Positions 1 to 30,815 of a stretch of 64,000 bases of DNA are shown one piece after another. The translations under genes were made by a program, and so were the position numbers. Under the pieces are notes generated by a model that saw only the letters and a program-made list of their open reading frames with translations, ran no database searches and had not been told where the DNA came from. The DNA is taken from the NCBI GenBank assembly GCA_964016885.1, contig OZ024760.1:17112001-17176000 (forward strand), given 5' to 3'. The number at the start of each line of letters is the position of its first letter. Position 1 is the first letter of the stretch. The DNA is from Eledone cirrhosa. Its lineage: Eukaryota.

Positions 1-715
1 GGCCGCGGTATACAACTCTCAAGAGCCATAAACGGCAATTTGAACACAAAAGACCCTATTTTATTTGGCCAAGGTATCTCTCAATAGCCATAAACGGCAA
101 TTTGAACACAAAAGACCCTATTTTATTTGGCCAAGGTATCTCTCAATAGCCATAAACGGCAATTTGAACACAAAAGACCCTATTTTATTTGGCCGCGGTA
201 TACAACTCTCAAGAGCCATAAACGGCAATTTGAACACAAAAGACCCTATTTTATTTGGTCAAGGTATCTCTCAATAGCCATAAACGGCAATTTGAACACA
301 AAAGACCCTATTTTATTTGGCCTAGGTATCTCTCAATAGCCATAAACGGCAATTTGAACACAAAAGACCCTATTTTATTTGGCCGCGGTATACAACTCTC
401 AAGAGCCATAAACGGCAATTTGAACACAAAAGACCCTATTTTATTTGGTCAAGGTATCTCTCAATAGCCATAAACGGCAATTTGAACACAAAAGACCCTA
501 TTTTATTTGGTCAAGGTATCTCTCAATAGCCATAAACGGCAATTTGAACACAAAAGACCCTATTTTATTTGGCCGCGGTATACAACTCTCAAGAGCCATA
601 AACGGCAATTTGAACACGAAAGACCCTATTTTATTTGGCCGCGGTATCTCTCAATAAAAGATCCTATTCTATTTAGCCGCAGTATACAGCTCTCAATAGC
701 CATAAACAGCAATTC
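1..715. repeat. Minisatellite with 62/66-bp units
   Basis: aagaccctattttatttgg...gccataaacggcaatttgaacacaa, about 11 units, truncated by the window edge. Confidence 0.95.
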
Positions 716-764
716 TGTAACAAATTCCTCGGAAGATAAATGGAGCACCATTACATCTTTGTAA
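677..764 (+). CDS. Possible terminal exon of an upstream gene (RSIQLSIAINSNSVTNSSEDKWSTITSL*)
   Basis: tattctatttag| acceptor, then unique sequence ending in a class I PDZ-like TSL and a stop; no homology recognised. Confidence 0.3.
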
Positions 765-1322
765 AATACTGTACAGACATGATGGCGCCTTCTTTTCCAG
801 AGACAATTGAATTGGCGACAAATCATGCGATATTGTTTCAAATTTTTGTTCATCTCAAGAGAAGTGGTTATTACTAATGAAAAGAAATGCTGGAGAAACT
901 TTCATTCTTTCGTTCATGTTCGTTTGTGTTCGTTTGTTTGTTCGTTTGTTGCTTCTATTAATGAAACCTAATTCTTGTTCTTGTTGTTTTTTTTTTGTTA
1001 TTTCATTTCTTTTTTTCTTTCTTTTCTCTCATCACCCCAACCCCCCTTTCTTTTTCTTTCTCTCTCTTTTTCTTTCTCTCCCTCTCTCTCCCCACCTCTC
1101 TCTTTCTCCTTCTGTTTCTCTCCCTCCCTCTCTCTCCCTCACTACCTCCCCCTCTCCTATTTATCTAGGTTATCTATAATACAACTATATTTCACTGTCC
1201 ATCTTAAAATATGTAGAATTATCATTTTTTTTTTTTTCTTAAGATACAAGTCTGGATATTCATGAGTATATATATATATATACAGCTATATATACATATA
1301 GATATATTTATATATATGAATG

Positions 1323-1420
<98 letters not shown>

Positions 1421-1811
1421 CATACATATATAGTGAAGGCATGTGGTGGCTCAGAGAATTGGATTCACAATCATGAAGTTCCGAGTTCAATACCCAGACC
1501 CGGCAATGTGTTATGTCCTTGAGCAAGACACTTTATTTCATATTGGTCTTTATGCCAATGGTTGCAGCTGGTAGATAGTATCAGCAATGGAAACATTGTT
1601 TCCTTGGTCCAATTTGATGAGTTCAAGCCCACTTGGTAAGCAAATGAGATCTGGGGATCTTATCAATTGCTCCACTCCCATATATATAGATACAGAAAAC
1701 CTGCCTTCCCTTGCATACAAACCTACAGTCAGTAGGGACCTCTTAACTCAATATACACCCCACCCCATCCTCCCATTTCCTTTCACTGTTTCGGTGACAC
1801 CACAAAAAGCA

Positions 1812-2810
1812 CCCAGTCCACACTGTAAGGTGGTCATGTAGGAGACATGGTATAAATGTTCCCAGTCCACACTGTAAGGTGGTCATGTAGGAAACACGGT
1901 ATAAATGTTCCCAGTCCACACTGTAAGGTGGTCATGTAAAAGACATGGTATAAATGTTCCCAGTCCACACTGTAAGGTGGTCATGTAGGAGACATGGTAT
2001 AAATGTTCCCAGTCCACACTGTAAGGTGGTCATGTAGGAAACACGGTATAAATGTTCCCAGTCCACACTGTAAGGTGGTCATGTAGAAGACATGGTATAA
2101 ATGTTCCCAGTCCACACTGTAAGGTGGTCATGTAGGAAACACGGTATAAATGTTCCCAGTCCACACTGTAAGGTGGTCATGTAAAAGACATGGTATAAAT
2201 GTTCCCAGTCCACACTGTAAGGTGGTCATGTAGGAGACATGGTATAAATGTTCCCAGTCCACACTGTAAGGTGGTCATGTAGGAAACACGGTATAAATGT
2301 TCCCAGTCCACACTGTAAGGTGGTCATGTAGAAGACATGGTATAAATGTTCCCAGTCCACACTGTAAGGTGGTCATGTAGGAAACACGGTATAAATGTTC
2401 CCAGTCCACACTGTAAGGTGGTCATGTAAAAGACATGGTATAAATGTTCCCAGTCCACACTGTAAGGTGGTCATGTAGGAGACATGGTATAAATGTTCCC
2501 AGTCCACACTGTAAGGTGGTCATGTAGGAAACATGGTATAAATGTTCCCAGTCCACACTGTAAGGTGGTCATGTAGAAGACATGGTATAAATGTTCCCAG
2601 TCCACACTGTAAGGTGGTCATGTAGGAGACATGGTATAAATGTTCCCAGTCCACACTGTAAGGTGGTCATGTAGGAGACATGGTATAAATGTTCCCAGTC
2701 CACACTGTAAGGTGGTCATGTAGGAGACACGGTAAAAAGGCTCCCAGTCCACACTGTAAGGTGGTCATGTAGGAGACACGGTAAAAAGGCTCCCAGTCCA
2801 CACTGTAAAG
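1812..2810. repeat. 49-bp minisatellite inside a SINE-related element
   Basis: cccagtccacactgtaaggtggtcatgtaggagacatggtataaatgtt, about 20 units. Confidence 0.95.
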
Positions 2811-3298
2811 GTGGTTGGTGTTAGGAAGGGCATCCAGCCGTAGAAAACCTGCCAGAGACACTTCTGTACGAGCGAGACACGGTCTCCTGACCAATCCCGC
2901 ATCAAATGGAACAAAACCGTCTAACCCATGCTAGTGTGGTAGATTGATGTTAAACAATGATGATGATGTATGTGTGTATACATATATGTATCATCATCAT
3001 CGTTTAACAGCCATTTTCCACACTAGCATGGGTTAGATGGTTGTCCCAGGTGAGCGTGTCTTGCTTGTACAGAAGTGTCTCTAGCAGGTTTTCTACGGCT
3101 GGATGCCCTGCCTAACACCAACCACATTTACAGTTTGTGTATGTCTATGTATGTATGTGTGTGTGTATGTATATACGTATATATGATTGTGTGTGTGTGT
3201 GTGTGTGTGTGTTCTACCAGGGGTTGTGACTGGTAGATAGTGTCAGTAATGGAAAGACCAATGGAAACATTGTTTTCTTGGTCTGATTTGACAAGTTC

Positions 3299-3584
3299 CA
3301 CCACCACCACCACCACCACCACCACTACCACTACTACTACTACCACTATTACTACTACCACTACTACCACCACCACTACTACCACTGCTACCACCACTAC
3401 TACTACTACCACTACTACCACTACCACCATCACTACTACTACCACCACCACCACTACTACTACCACCACCACTACTACCACTGCTACTACTGCTACCACC
3501 ACTACTTCCACCACTACTACTACTACCACCACTAATACTACCACTACTACTACTACCACCATCACTACTACTACTACCATCACC

Positions 3585-3615
<31 letters not shown>

Positions 3616-3890
3616 GTATTGCTACTACTATTGCTATTGCTACTATTGCTACTGCTGCTGCTACTACTACTACTACTACTACTACTGTTGCTGTTTTTGC
3701 TACTTCTATTGTGGCTTTTGTTGCTATTTCTGCTGCTGCAGCTGTTGTTGCTGCTGCTATTGCTGCTGCTGCTGCTGCTGCTGCTGCTATTACAGTGGCT
3801 GCTGTTACTACTGTTGCTGCTGTTGATGCTACAACAGCTGCTGCTATTGCTGTTGTTACTACTGTTGCTGTTGCTGCAACATCTGCTGTT
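3299..3890. repeat. Compound trinucleotide microsatellite (CAC/CTA/CTG)
   Basis: Seen directly. Confidence 0.95.
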
Positions 3891-4691
3891 AAAATATTCC
3901 ATCAGTGAAGTTATTCCTCAAAGACTTCTCTGGTTCATTTCTTTAAAGTTGAGACCAAACAAACGGAAACATCGCATCTATTTCATTTGGTTCAGATTTT
4001 TTGGTGTGAGAGTGTGTCTATGTGTGAGTGTGTGTGTTTGTGTGTGTTTTGTGCATTTTGTGACTATGTCTGCGTGTGCATTTTTATGTTTGTGTGTGTG
4101 TTTTGTGAATATTTTGTGACTTTTGTGTGTGTATTTGTCTATGTATTGTTGTGAGTGAGTGAGACAGTGTGTATGTGTTTTGTGCATATTTTGTGATTTT
4201 TTTTTTTTGTGTGTGCATTTGTATGTTTGTGTATGTGTTGGTGTGAGTGTATGTATGTGTATATGTGTGTGTTTTTGTGTGTGCATTTGTGTGTGTGGGT
4301 TTGTGTGTTTGTATGTGTGTATTTTTGTGTTTCATAACTCTTGATTAAATATAAATAATTTTATTACTTATTTTAAGATTCACTTCTTTAAAATTTTCAA
4401 ATGTCAACACTTCCGGTTAGCACCCGTTGTATTATAACACTTATTACATCACTTATATAAACATTCATATATTTTCGTCGCTAATTTTCTCCTAATACAG
4501 TTTATATATAATATCATCTTTTTTTAATGTATCATGGATTACTTTACTGATTACACAAGACAGTGTAACGCAGACTTCATTCAATTTCTGTGCATATTTT
4601 CAATTACGATTTTATTTGAAGTATCATATCTACAAATGTATACTTGTGTATGATATCAATATACATACTACACATGGTAGTTTTCCTGCTA

Positions 4692-4732
<41 letters not shown>

Positions 4733-4903
4733 TGGGTTGTCAAGTATGAAATCTGTGGAAATTTGTAGAAAGACTTTGCTTTTAATATCTGCCTCCAATG
4801 AGGCCCCGTGGGTGAAACACTTGTAAGAGCTATATAAAGATATGTTTTAACGGCTTGTAACTCTTTCATTCACTCATTCTTTTGCTTATATAAATATGTC
4901 TAT

Positions 4904-5236
4904 GGAGAGGCACATGGCTTAGTGGTTAGAGCATTGGTCTTGCAATCGAAAGGGTGTGAGTTCAATTCTCAGACCGGGTGATGTGTTGTTTCCTTGAGCA
5001 AGACACTTTATTTCACATTGCTCCAGTTTACTCAGCTGTAGAAATGAGATGATAGGGACTGGGGTCCCTATCATTCCCCTGCAAAGTGGTCGTGTAGGTG
5101 CCACGGCAAAAAAGCACCCAGCACTCACTGTAAATGAGCTTGGTGTTAGGAAGGGCATCCAGCTGTCAGAATCAGTTCCCGTCCCACCCTTGCAAGCAGG
5201 GAAAAGCGGACGTGAAATGAAATGATGATGATGATG
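4904..5236 (+). mobile_element. tRNA-derived SINE family 1; further copies at about 1435, 10370-10745(-), 10830-10970(-), 14700-15041(-), 23115, 28520-28670(-), 32560-32705(-), 42490-42710(-) and 58315-58425(-)
   Basis: A box tggcttagtgg, B box gagttcaattc, conserved ccttgagcaagacact core, (TGA)n tail. Confidence 0.85.
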
Positions 5237-6590
5237 TTATAATATATTGGGTCGTCAAGTATGAAATTTGTAGAAAAAAAACAAATTTCTACAAATTTCT
5301 ACAAATTTCTACAAATTTCATACTTGACAATCCAATATATACTGTACATATATAACCATTGGAGTATAATTTGACTGTTGTGACATTCAGTGAATTAGCA
5401 GACGATATATCTCAACGTAACTGATGCAGAACATGTGAGGAGTAGATCTGTGTTGCAGAAGGGGGAGGTAACTGAGGCGGTTTAAGTGGTCGACCATTGT
5501 CTGAGAGATTTCACTTAGATCGTAGAAATAAGCAAAAGTTGTTGTGAGTAGAGTTGACAGTGAGGGGGGTGGGGGGGATGTAACTATAGTATTGTGATGG
5601 TGGTGGTGGTGATGGTATATATGTGGTGGTGATGTATATGTGGTGGTGGTGATGGTGGTGATGTATATGTGGTGGTGGTGGTGGTGTATATGTGGTGATG
5701 ATGATGCTGGTATATAAATGGTGGTGTTGGAGGGGCATAGATTGTGGTGGAGGTGTATAGATGGCCGTGGTGGTGGTATATAAATGGTGGTGCTGGAGGT
5801 GGTGTATAAAATGGTGGTGGCGTTGGTGTATAAAATGGTGGTGGTGGTTGTGTATAGATTATGGTGGTGGTGGTATTAGTGTATAGATTGTGGTGATGGT
5901 GGTGTATAAATGGTGGTGTTGGAAGTGTAGAAGTGGTTATCCGGCCAGAATTCTCTCATCTCTTTCTGTTCAAACCAGCTGTAACTGTCCACTCATACTT
6001 ATGTTAAGGTATTGTTCTCAAAATAAATAATATCAAAATCTCATAGATTCAATATTATGTGAGATAATTATATGAAGTAAAGTCTTTACCGTGAAAATAT
6101 AATAATAAATATAGAGTAATGGAAATATTAAATGATTGAACTGGGTGCTCATACTGGTGTTAAGGTATTGTTCTCAAAATAAATATCAAAATCTCATAGA
6201 TTCGATATTGTGAGATAATCATGTGAGGTAAAGCCTTTAATGTGAAAATATAATAGTATATATATAGAGTAATGTAAGGGTTAAGGGGTTTAACTAAAAT
6301 TAATGATGCAAGTTGTATTTCACACATTTGAGCAACAACACCACAGGGACTCTGCAGCAAACGTCGCAATACTCTTGACAATAGAAATCTTTATAATGTT
6401 TATATAATTAATAATTAATGAAGAAAGACCCAACTGAATTGGCAAAGTCCAAACAAAGCAAATTATACAAACATATCTTGTGTATTCCCAAGTATCACTA
6501 AATGTTGGAAAATCTATTCTCTTCGTTAAATAAATGAATAATTAGCTGATGCTAATATTAACACCGTAACCATTTCCATCATTTATTTAG

Positions 6591-6623
6591 ATGATGTTGG
6601 ACTTCCATAGGTTCCGACAAGAG
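6591..6623 (+). CDS. Possible short start exon of the ANKDD1A-like gene (MMLDFHRFRQE)
   Basis: gctaat branch-like site, atttag|ATG, phase-0 end, but a weak GAG|gtgttc donor and no homology support. Confidence 0.2.
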
Positions 6624-6829
6624 GTGTTCTGGTTGTTCAGACAACAAAACGGACTGCATATGGGATTAGGTGATGAATTGACAGTCATTAGAACATCAGC
6701 TAGATTACATTGTAACATCCATTTCAGCTCTCTGTTCATTCACTTTCCTGACATTTGTACATTATTCTATGTACTATACATGCACCTTTGATGAGTTGTA
6801 GTGCACCTGAGCACTGTACACAATAATTT

Positions 6830-7150
6830 CATCATCATCATCATTACCATCATTATACGTCTGCTTTTCCTTGCTTGCAAGGGTGGTATGGGTCCTATAC
6901 AGCACAGCATCTCTCCATTCATCACGGTCCTTCGTCATCTCCTCCGTGAGCTTCATCGATCTCAGGTCAGCTCCCACCACCTCCACCCATGTTTTTCGTG
7001 GTCTTCCTCTACTGCGTCTTCCTTCTACTGGGATTTCTAGGTACGTCTTTACCCAGCGGTCACCCTCCATGTACATCACAACGCAGTCTTCTCTCCCGCA
7101 CACTACAACTTATCCCTCTTACACACAGTTTCTCTCTCAACTCATCTATG
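6830..7150 (-). mobile_element. RTE-clade LINE 3' end
   Basis: VEGRRSRGRPRKTWVEVV...DRDEWR plus a (TGA)n tail; a related piece lies at 34195-34355 (+). Confidence 0.8.
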
Positions 7151-7579
7151 GTCGTTCACGATCCCATTACAGTTAACTTCGCCTTTCATCCTTTCATGGT
7201 TGATATAAAAAAAGTATCAGTCAACTACTGGGGTCAATTCTTCCTCTATATCTCTTTCTGACTTCTATTCTTTCACACTCGCTATCCTTCTCTGGAAGAA
7301 ATCTGCTGTATTCAGACCTGGAGAGGAGATGGGCTCCACCAGGTTTTAAAAATGTCTTTAAAATGCCATATGTCAGTATGGCACCCGTACGACCACTTCA
7401 AATCCTGCTTAGGTTAACTTTGCCTCTCATCCTTACGGGGTCGATAAAATAAAGTACCAGTCACACACTGGGGTCGATATAATCAACTTTCCCCCTCCCC
7501 TTCAAATTGCTGGCCTTGTGCCTAAATCAGAAACCATTGTTATATATTTATTCAACCTTTTCTCCTTTTTATTTCCCAG

Positions 7580-23842
<16,263 letters not shown>

Positions 23843-24538
23843 AAGTCAACTAACTACATAAAGTTATGCACTTGATAAAGTAAAACAAAAACACGCAAAA
23901 ATGACTGCATTGTCCTCGAAAGTTTCAAGTCAATCAGTCCATCACAGTTTTCTACGCCGTGATTTTCTCAAATACAACCGAAAAAAAATTGGATCGTTCA
24001 ATCTTTATTTCACACCCGGCGAGTAACAGTTCGTGATAGAATCACAAAATAATACACACCCGGATAATTGGAGAAGGAAGAAATATATATATATACACAC
24101 ATACATATATATATGTACATATGTATATAATATATAATATATATATATATATACATATATGTGTATACATATATGTATATATCTGCATATATATGTACAT
24201 ATGTATATAATATATATATATATATATATATACATATATATATGTATATATCTGCATGTATATATACATGTGTATGTGTATATGTATATATATATATACA
24301 CCAGTTGTGTGCCAGGAAAACTTCCCACAAATATAATATAAAGGCATGTATAGGTATATATATATATATATATATATTTTTCAAACGGGATGAAAATGCT
24401 CCGAACAAAAAAAAATCTTTAAATGTTTATTTACAAGAAGGAAGGGAGATAATTACAGACTTAACGACTCTCGAGCAAAGAAGATAATTAAGAACTAACG
24501 CGCTCAATACATTATGCATTTTTCTATGTGTGTGTGTA

Positions 24539-24580
<42 letters not shown>

Positions 24581-25226
24581 TATATATATTGTAAATATAC
24601 TTGTGTGGTGTGTGTATATACATACATACATGTGTGTGTGTATATATATATATTTATACACGCACACACATATGTACATGCGTATATATTTTAAATATAC
24701 TTGTATGTGTATATATATGCATGCACATTTATATATATTTTAAATATACTTGTATGTATATATATACATATATATATGTATGTATGTGTGTGTGCGTTGG
24801 AGAGAGTGTGTGTGTGTGTATGTATATGCATGCTGGTTTTAAAGGGTTTTCTTGAAATTTTATTCATAACTTATTTATAAAATTTTCCTTAAAAGTGAGT
24901 ATCTTTGAAGTGAACATGTACTGTGCATTTCTTGCATTGTGCAGTGACTGTGCAACTGTTGCATTGTGCAGTTTCTGTGCATTTATTACATTGTGCCATA
25001 ATGTGCATCTATTGCATGTAATTCCAGATTTAAAACAAGAAAAAAAACAGGAACCAGAAATGTTTTTTGCAGTTTGATTGGAAACATTTTGCTCACCCCA
25101 CACATATGTATATATAAGTGTGTATATATATATGTGTGTATATATATATATATATATTCACATATATATATATATGTATATCTAAGTATACATATGTATA
25201 TATATATATATGTGCGTATATATATA

Positions 25227-25259
<33 letters not shown>

Positions 25260-25328
25260 TCACACATATATATATATGTATATCTAAGTATACATATGTA
25301 TATATATATATGTGTGTATATATATATA

Positions 25329-25359
<31 letters not shown>

Positions 25360-25422
25360 TCACACATATATATATATGTATATCTAAGTATACATATGTA
25401 TATATATATATGTGCGTATATA

Positions 25423-25459
<37 letters not shown>

Positions 25460-25524
25460 TCACACATATATATATATGTATATATAAGTATACATATGTA
25501 TATATATATATGTGCGTATATATA

Positions 25525-25566
<42 letters not shown>

Positions 25567-25634
25567 CACATATATATATATGTATACATATGTATATATA
25601 AGTGTGTGTATATATATATATATATTCACATATA

Positions 25635-25928
25635 TATTAGGTATTAAGTTAACAATGAAAATAAAAACAACAAAGTCAAGTTATTTTACCTATTCATATC
25701 ACTGTTTTACGATCGTTTCAGAGGGTTGATCATATTGATATATTGTCTGATCTATAGCAGTTATATAACTGTATACTATCAGACCTCATATATAGGTTCG
25801 ATCAGACTGTCTTCTTCAGAAACAAAATGTGATCAACCCTCTGAAACGATCGTAAAACAGTGACATGAGTAGGTACAGTAACTTGACTTTGTTGTTTTAT
25901 ATTTTCATTGTTAATTTCATACCTAATA
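25635..25928. mobile_element. Fold-back element with inverted arms of about 100 bp containing hammerhead family C
   Basis: 25635-25736 pairs with 25826-25928. Confidence 0.6.
25704..25823 (-). ncRNA. Hammerhead ribozyme motif with long stem II (family C)
   Basis: Reverse strand gttt-CTGAAGA-aga...tct-GAAA-CGATCG-TA|aaac; stem I GUUU/AAAC. Confidence 0.6.
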
Positions 25929-26066
25929 ACTGACTCTGTATCTAAGGAACTAACTCAGTGTAACACAGAACCTTTCTATGGATTTCACTGACGCGCCATT
26001 GGATAACATTGAATTCCATCTACGGTATGGAGCCTTCCACCAGAGGTAGAGCACACTGAAAAAATA

Positions 26067-26109
<43 letters not shown>

Positions 26110-26226
26110 ATATGTATACACATATATATACATATATATATATATATATACATATACATAAGTATATACACTTATACATATATACACATATATATATACA
26201 TATACATATACACATATATATGAGTG

Positions 26227-26260
<34 letters not shown>

Positions 26261-26337
26261 TACATATGTATACACATATATATACATATATATATATATA
26301 TATACATATACATAAGTATATACACTTATACATATAT

Positions 26338-26378
<41 letters not shown>

Positions 26379-26439
26379 TAAAGATATACATATACACATA
26401 TATATGAGTGTATACATACACGCATATATATATATATAT

Positions 26440-27322
26440 ATTGTTATATTTGGGGAGGGTCATATTTGCGTAATATTGCCAGAATTAATAACAGAACACA
26501 CTCACTGTTTGGTTGGTTTTCGCTTCTCGCTGTCTTTTATATATATATATCTGCGATCTAACTTACTCGGTCCTCAATGTTGCCATTGACTGACCGGCGG
26601 TCAAAAATAATACAGATACAATATAGACACAAACACATATATATAGTTTACATAAATCTTTCGTTGCACATCTGCAACATCGTCAGTGGTGTTATATTCA
26701 TTGTTCCTCCTGTTGTGTTGTATGTCTACGCCATTTTTTTTTGTTCAGTCTGTCTATATATTTATTTATTTATTTGCTTGTTTGTTTATCTTATTTTATT
26801 TTGTCTTCTTTGCGCATGCGTTTGCGTATAGTGTTATGTGTGATGTGTGACTAGTGTGTATAGTGTTGTGTCTGCTGGGTGACTAGTGTGTGTTTATGTG
26901 CTTGTGTATGTATTTGTTTATCTTATTTTATTTTATTTTATTTACTTATTTATACTTCTCTTAGGTCAGTGTTGTTTGTTTGGGTGTTGTTGTTGTTCCA
27001 CTCATTCTTTCTGTTTAGCTTTGGTAGACATACAACACAACAGGAGGAACAATGAATATAACACCACTGACGATGTTGCAGATGTGCAACGAAAGATTTA
27101 TGTAAATTATGTAAACTATATATATGTGTTTGTGTCTATATTGTATCTGTATTATTTTTGACCGCCGGTCAGTCAATGGCAACATTGAGGACCGAGTAAG
27201 TTAGATCGCAGATATATATATATAAAAGACAGCGAGAAGCGAAAACCAACCAAACAGTGAGTGTGTTCTGTTATTAATTCTGGCAATATTACGCAAATAT
27301 GACCCTCCCCAAATATAACAAT
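26440..27322. mobile_element. Fold-back element with inverted arms of about 290 bp, Penelope pLTR-like
   Basis: 26440-26730 is the near-perfect reverse complement of 27025-27322; a related fragment lies at 51117-51165. Confidence 0.6.
27062..27104 (+). ncRNA. Hammerhead-like motif (family D); inverted copy at about 26649-26691
   Basis: CTGACGA-t-GTTGC agatgt GCAAC-GAAA; stems I and III are weak. Confidence 0.45.
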
Positions 27323-27362
27323 ATCTGTTTCGACACACGATTTCATATAAAAAACCTCGCAA

Positions 27363-27405
<43 letters not shown>

Positions 27406-28770
27406 TTGGTTTTTCTCCCTTACTATGGGATAGCATCTACTTCCATCTATTTCTCTGTCTTATCTTTTGGATGGCAAATTCTTTGTTATTCAAACATTTT
27501 GGGTTTTTTAAAGAAATATTTCTTCATTTTGTCCATCTTTTGGACTACAAACCTAAACATTCTATGATGTTCTCTCTCTCACCCTCCTCTTCTCTCTCTC
27601 TCCATCCCTATCTCTCTCTCTCCATCTCTGTCTCTTTATCTCTCTCTCTCCATCTCTGTATGTCCCCCTCTCTATCTCTCTATATATCTCTACCTCCCTT
27701 CATCTCTTCCTTTCATCTTAAAGTCATTTTAATCTTTATTCTCTTCCCCAATTTCTTCAAACCAGATCATCGTGTCATCTTTTCACATATAGATATATAT
27801 GATACATATAAGTATTGATCTATATATATAATACATAAAACATATGTATGTATATTTATATACACTTATATGTATAGATATATATAAAACATGTATATAT
27901 ATATAATACATATATATACATAATACAATTATATAAGATACATATAATATATATATGTGTATGTGTGTATGCTTGTATATATATATATATAAATATATAT
28001 ATATGTATGTATATTCGATACCCAAACTGGAAAAAAATAACAAAAATTCTTATTTATTTCTTTTTCATATATCATAAATCATACTAAAAAAAAATCTAAA
28101 ATAAAATTATTCAGAAAAATAACTTGTTTGTGTTTTTAACCCTTCCATTACCACATTTCTTATGAAATATAATTGTTTCTACTTTAGGCACAAGGCCAGA
28201 AATTATCCAGTACATTACTGGTACTTTATTTTATCGACCCCGTAAGGATGAAAGGCAAAGTCAACCTCGGCGGGATTTGAACTCAAATTTCTTATGAAAT
28301 ATAATCTATTTCAATTAATTATTAATTCATTACTAAGATAGTAACTAACCCTTTTATGACCACATTTCTAATGAAATACACTCTTTAGCATTTACATTAC
28401 TCTATATTTACTATTATATTTTTACAGTAAACACTTTGTGTTACAGCTCACACCTATGCAGGTTTAGCTGGCCTCCTCCAAGGTATATCTCGTTGGAGGT
28501 GTCTTGGGTGATTTAATGATAAGGACCCCAGTCCTATCATCTCATTTCTACAGCTGAGTAAACTGGAACAAAGTGAAATAAAGTGTCTTGCTCAAGGAAA
28601 CAACACATCATTGAACTCACAACCTTTCGATTGCAAGCCCAATGCTCTAACCACTAAGCCAATGTGCCTTAACCTCACATAATATCAAATCTATGAAATT
28701 TTGCTATTATTTATTTTGAGGACAATACCTCAAGTTGAAAATTGCAAACTTGACTGTCACCACATATTAT

Positions 28771-28806
28771 AAACCTGAAGATTGCGAAAGCATGAAAGTA
28801 CTTGTT
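28771..28806 (+). ncRNA. Minimal hammerhead ribozyme motif (family E)
   Basis: aac-CTGAAGA-tTGC gaaa GCAt-GAAA-GTAC-TT|gtt. Confidence 0.65.
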
Positions 28807-28916
28807 CAATTAACACTTAGAATTTAATATTCTATCATACTATTTCATTATAATACCATTATAAATGTTAAAGGATTGTAAATAAAACGAGTAAATCAAA
28901 GTTGGAATTCCTCTTA

Positions 28917-28983
<67 letters not shown>

Positions 28984-29062
28984 ATATATATATATATATA
29001 CACATATATATATATATATTAATAAGAGGAATTCCAAATTTGTCTGATTATATATATGTATG

Positions 29063-29102
<40 letters not shown>

Positions 29103-29379
29103 TATGTATGTATGTATGTATGTGGGACTGCCTTTGCTCACTATAAAAGCTTCATGGCACAGGCATTGCTTTATATCTGGAGATCTCTCTGCACTTGTCC
29201 TCACATGGTACCATGGGCCCAGCACTGTGTCAATAATTGTCACAAGTGTAGTATTTGTACCAGAGTTTTCAAGTCACTGGCTGGACTAAAAAGTCACACT
29301 CGTTCAGCGCATCGGTAGGGGTTCTCCTACATGGATATAAAGTAGTGGCCGTACTTGAAAACGAGTTGGCAGCCACCAT

Positions 29380-29661
29380 GTATATATGTATGTATATATA
29401 TATCTATGTATATATCTATGTATATATATATGTATGTATGTATGTATATATGTATGTATGTATATATGTATGTATATATGTATGTATATATGTATGTATA
29501 TATATATGTATGTATATATATGTATATGTATATATGTATATATATATATATATGTATTTATATATGTATATATATATATGTGTATATATATGTGTATATA
29601 TATGTATGTATATATATATATGTGTATGTATATGTATGTATGTATATATATATATGTATGT

Positions 29662-29702
<41 letters not shown>

Positions 29703-30190
29703 TATCTATGTATATATATATATCTATGTATATATATATATATCTATGTATATATATATATCTATGTATATATATATATATGTATGTATATATATAAATA
29801 TGTATGTATATATATATAAATATGTATGTGTATGTATATATATATGTATGTATATATATATGTATGTATATATATAAATATGTATATATATAAATATGTA
29901 TATATATATGTATGTATATATATATAAATATGTATATATATATAAATATGTATATATATATAAATATGTATGTATATATATATGTATATATATATAAATA
30001 TGTATATATATATAAATATGTATGTATGTATATATATATGTATATATATATGTATGTATATGTATATATATAAATATGTATGTATATATATATAAATGTG
30101 TATATATATATAAATATGTATGTATATATATATAAATATGTATGTATATATATGTATATATATATATATGTATATATATATGTATATATG

Positions 30191-30225
<35 letters not shown>

Positions 30226-30234
30226 GTATATATG

Positions 30235-30269
<35 letters not shown>

Positions 30270-30278
30270 GTATATATG

Positions 30279-30327
<49 letters not shown>

Positions 30328-30418
30328 ATATATATATGTATATATATATATGTATATATATATATGTATATATGTATATATATATATGTATATATATGTA
30401 TATGTATATGTATATATG

Positions 30419-30449
<31 letters not shown>

Positions 30450-30450
30450 G

Positions 30451-30513
<63 letters not shown>

Positions 30514-30532
30514 GTATGTATGTATGTATATG

Positions 30533-30563
<31 letters not shown>

Positions 30564-30728
30564 GTATGTATGTATGTATATGTATATGTATATATATATG
30601 TATATATATATGTATATATGTATGTATATGTATGTATGTATATGTATATGTATGTATATGTATATATATATATATATGTACATCATCATCATCATCATCA
30701 TCAACGTTTAACGTCCGTGTATGTATAT

Positions 30729-30762
<34 letters not shown>

Positions 30763-30763
30763 G

Positions 30764-30815
<52 letters not shown>

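Noticed and set aside
3128-4119. Poly-Thr/Val/Ser/Leu ORFs resembling mucin or antifreeze proteins
   Set aside because: Trinucleotide microsatellite open in several frames on both strands, with no supporting splice context
4904-4985. tRNA genes at SINE heads
   Set aside because: A/B boxes are present but continue into SINE core and tail; no complete cloverleaf
29230-29318. C2H2 zinc-finger-like peptide as a host gene
   Set aside because: Part of a repeated LINE-derived block; the copy near 56040-56120 is altered, and there is no exon context
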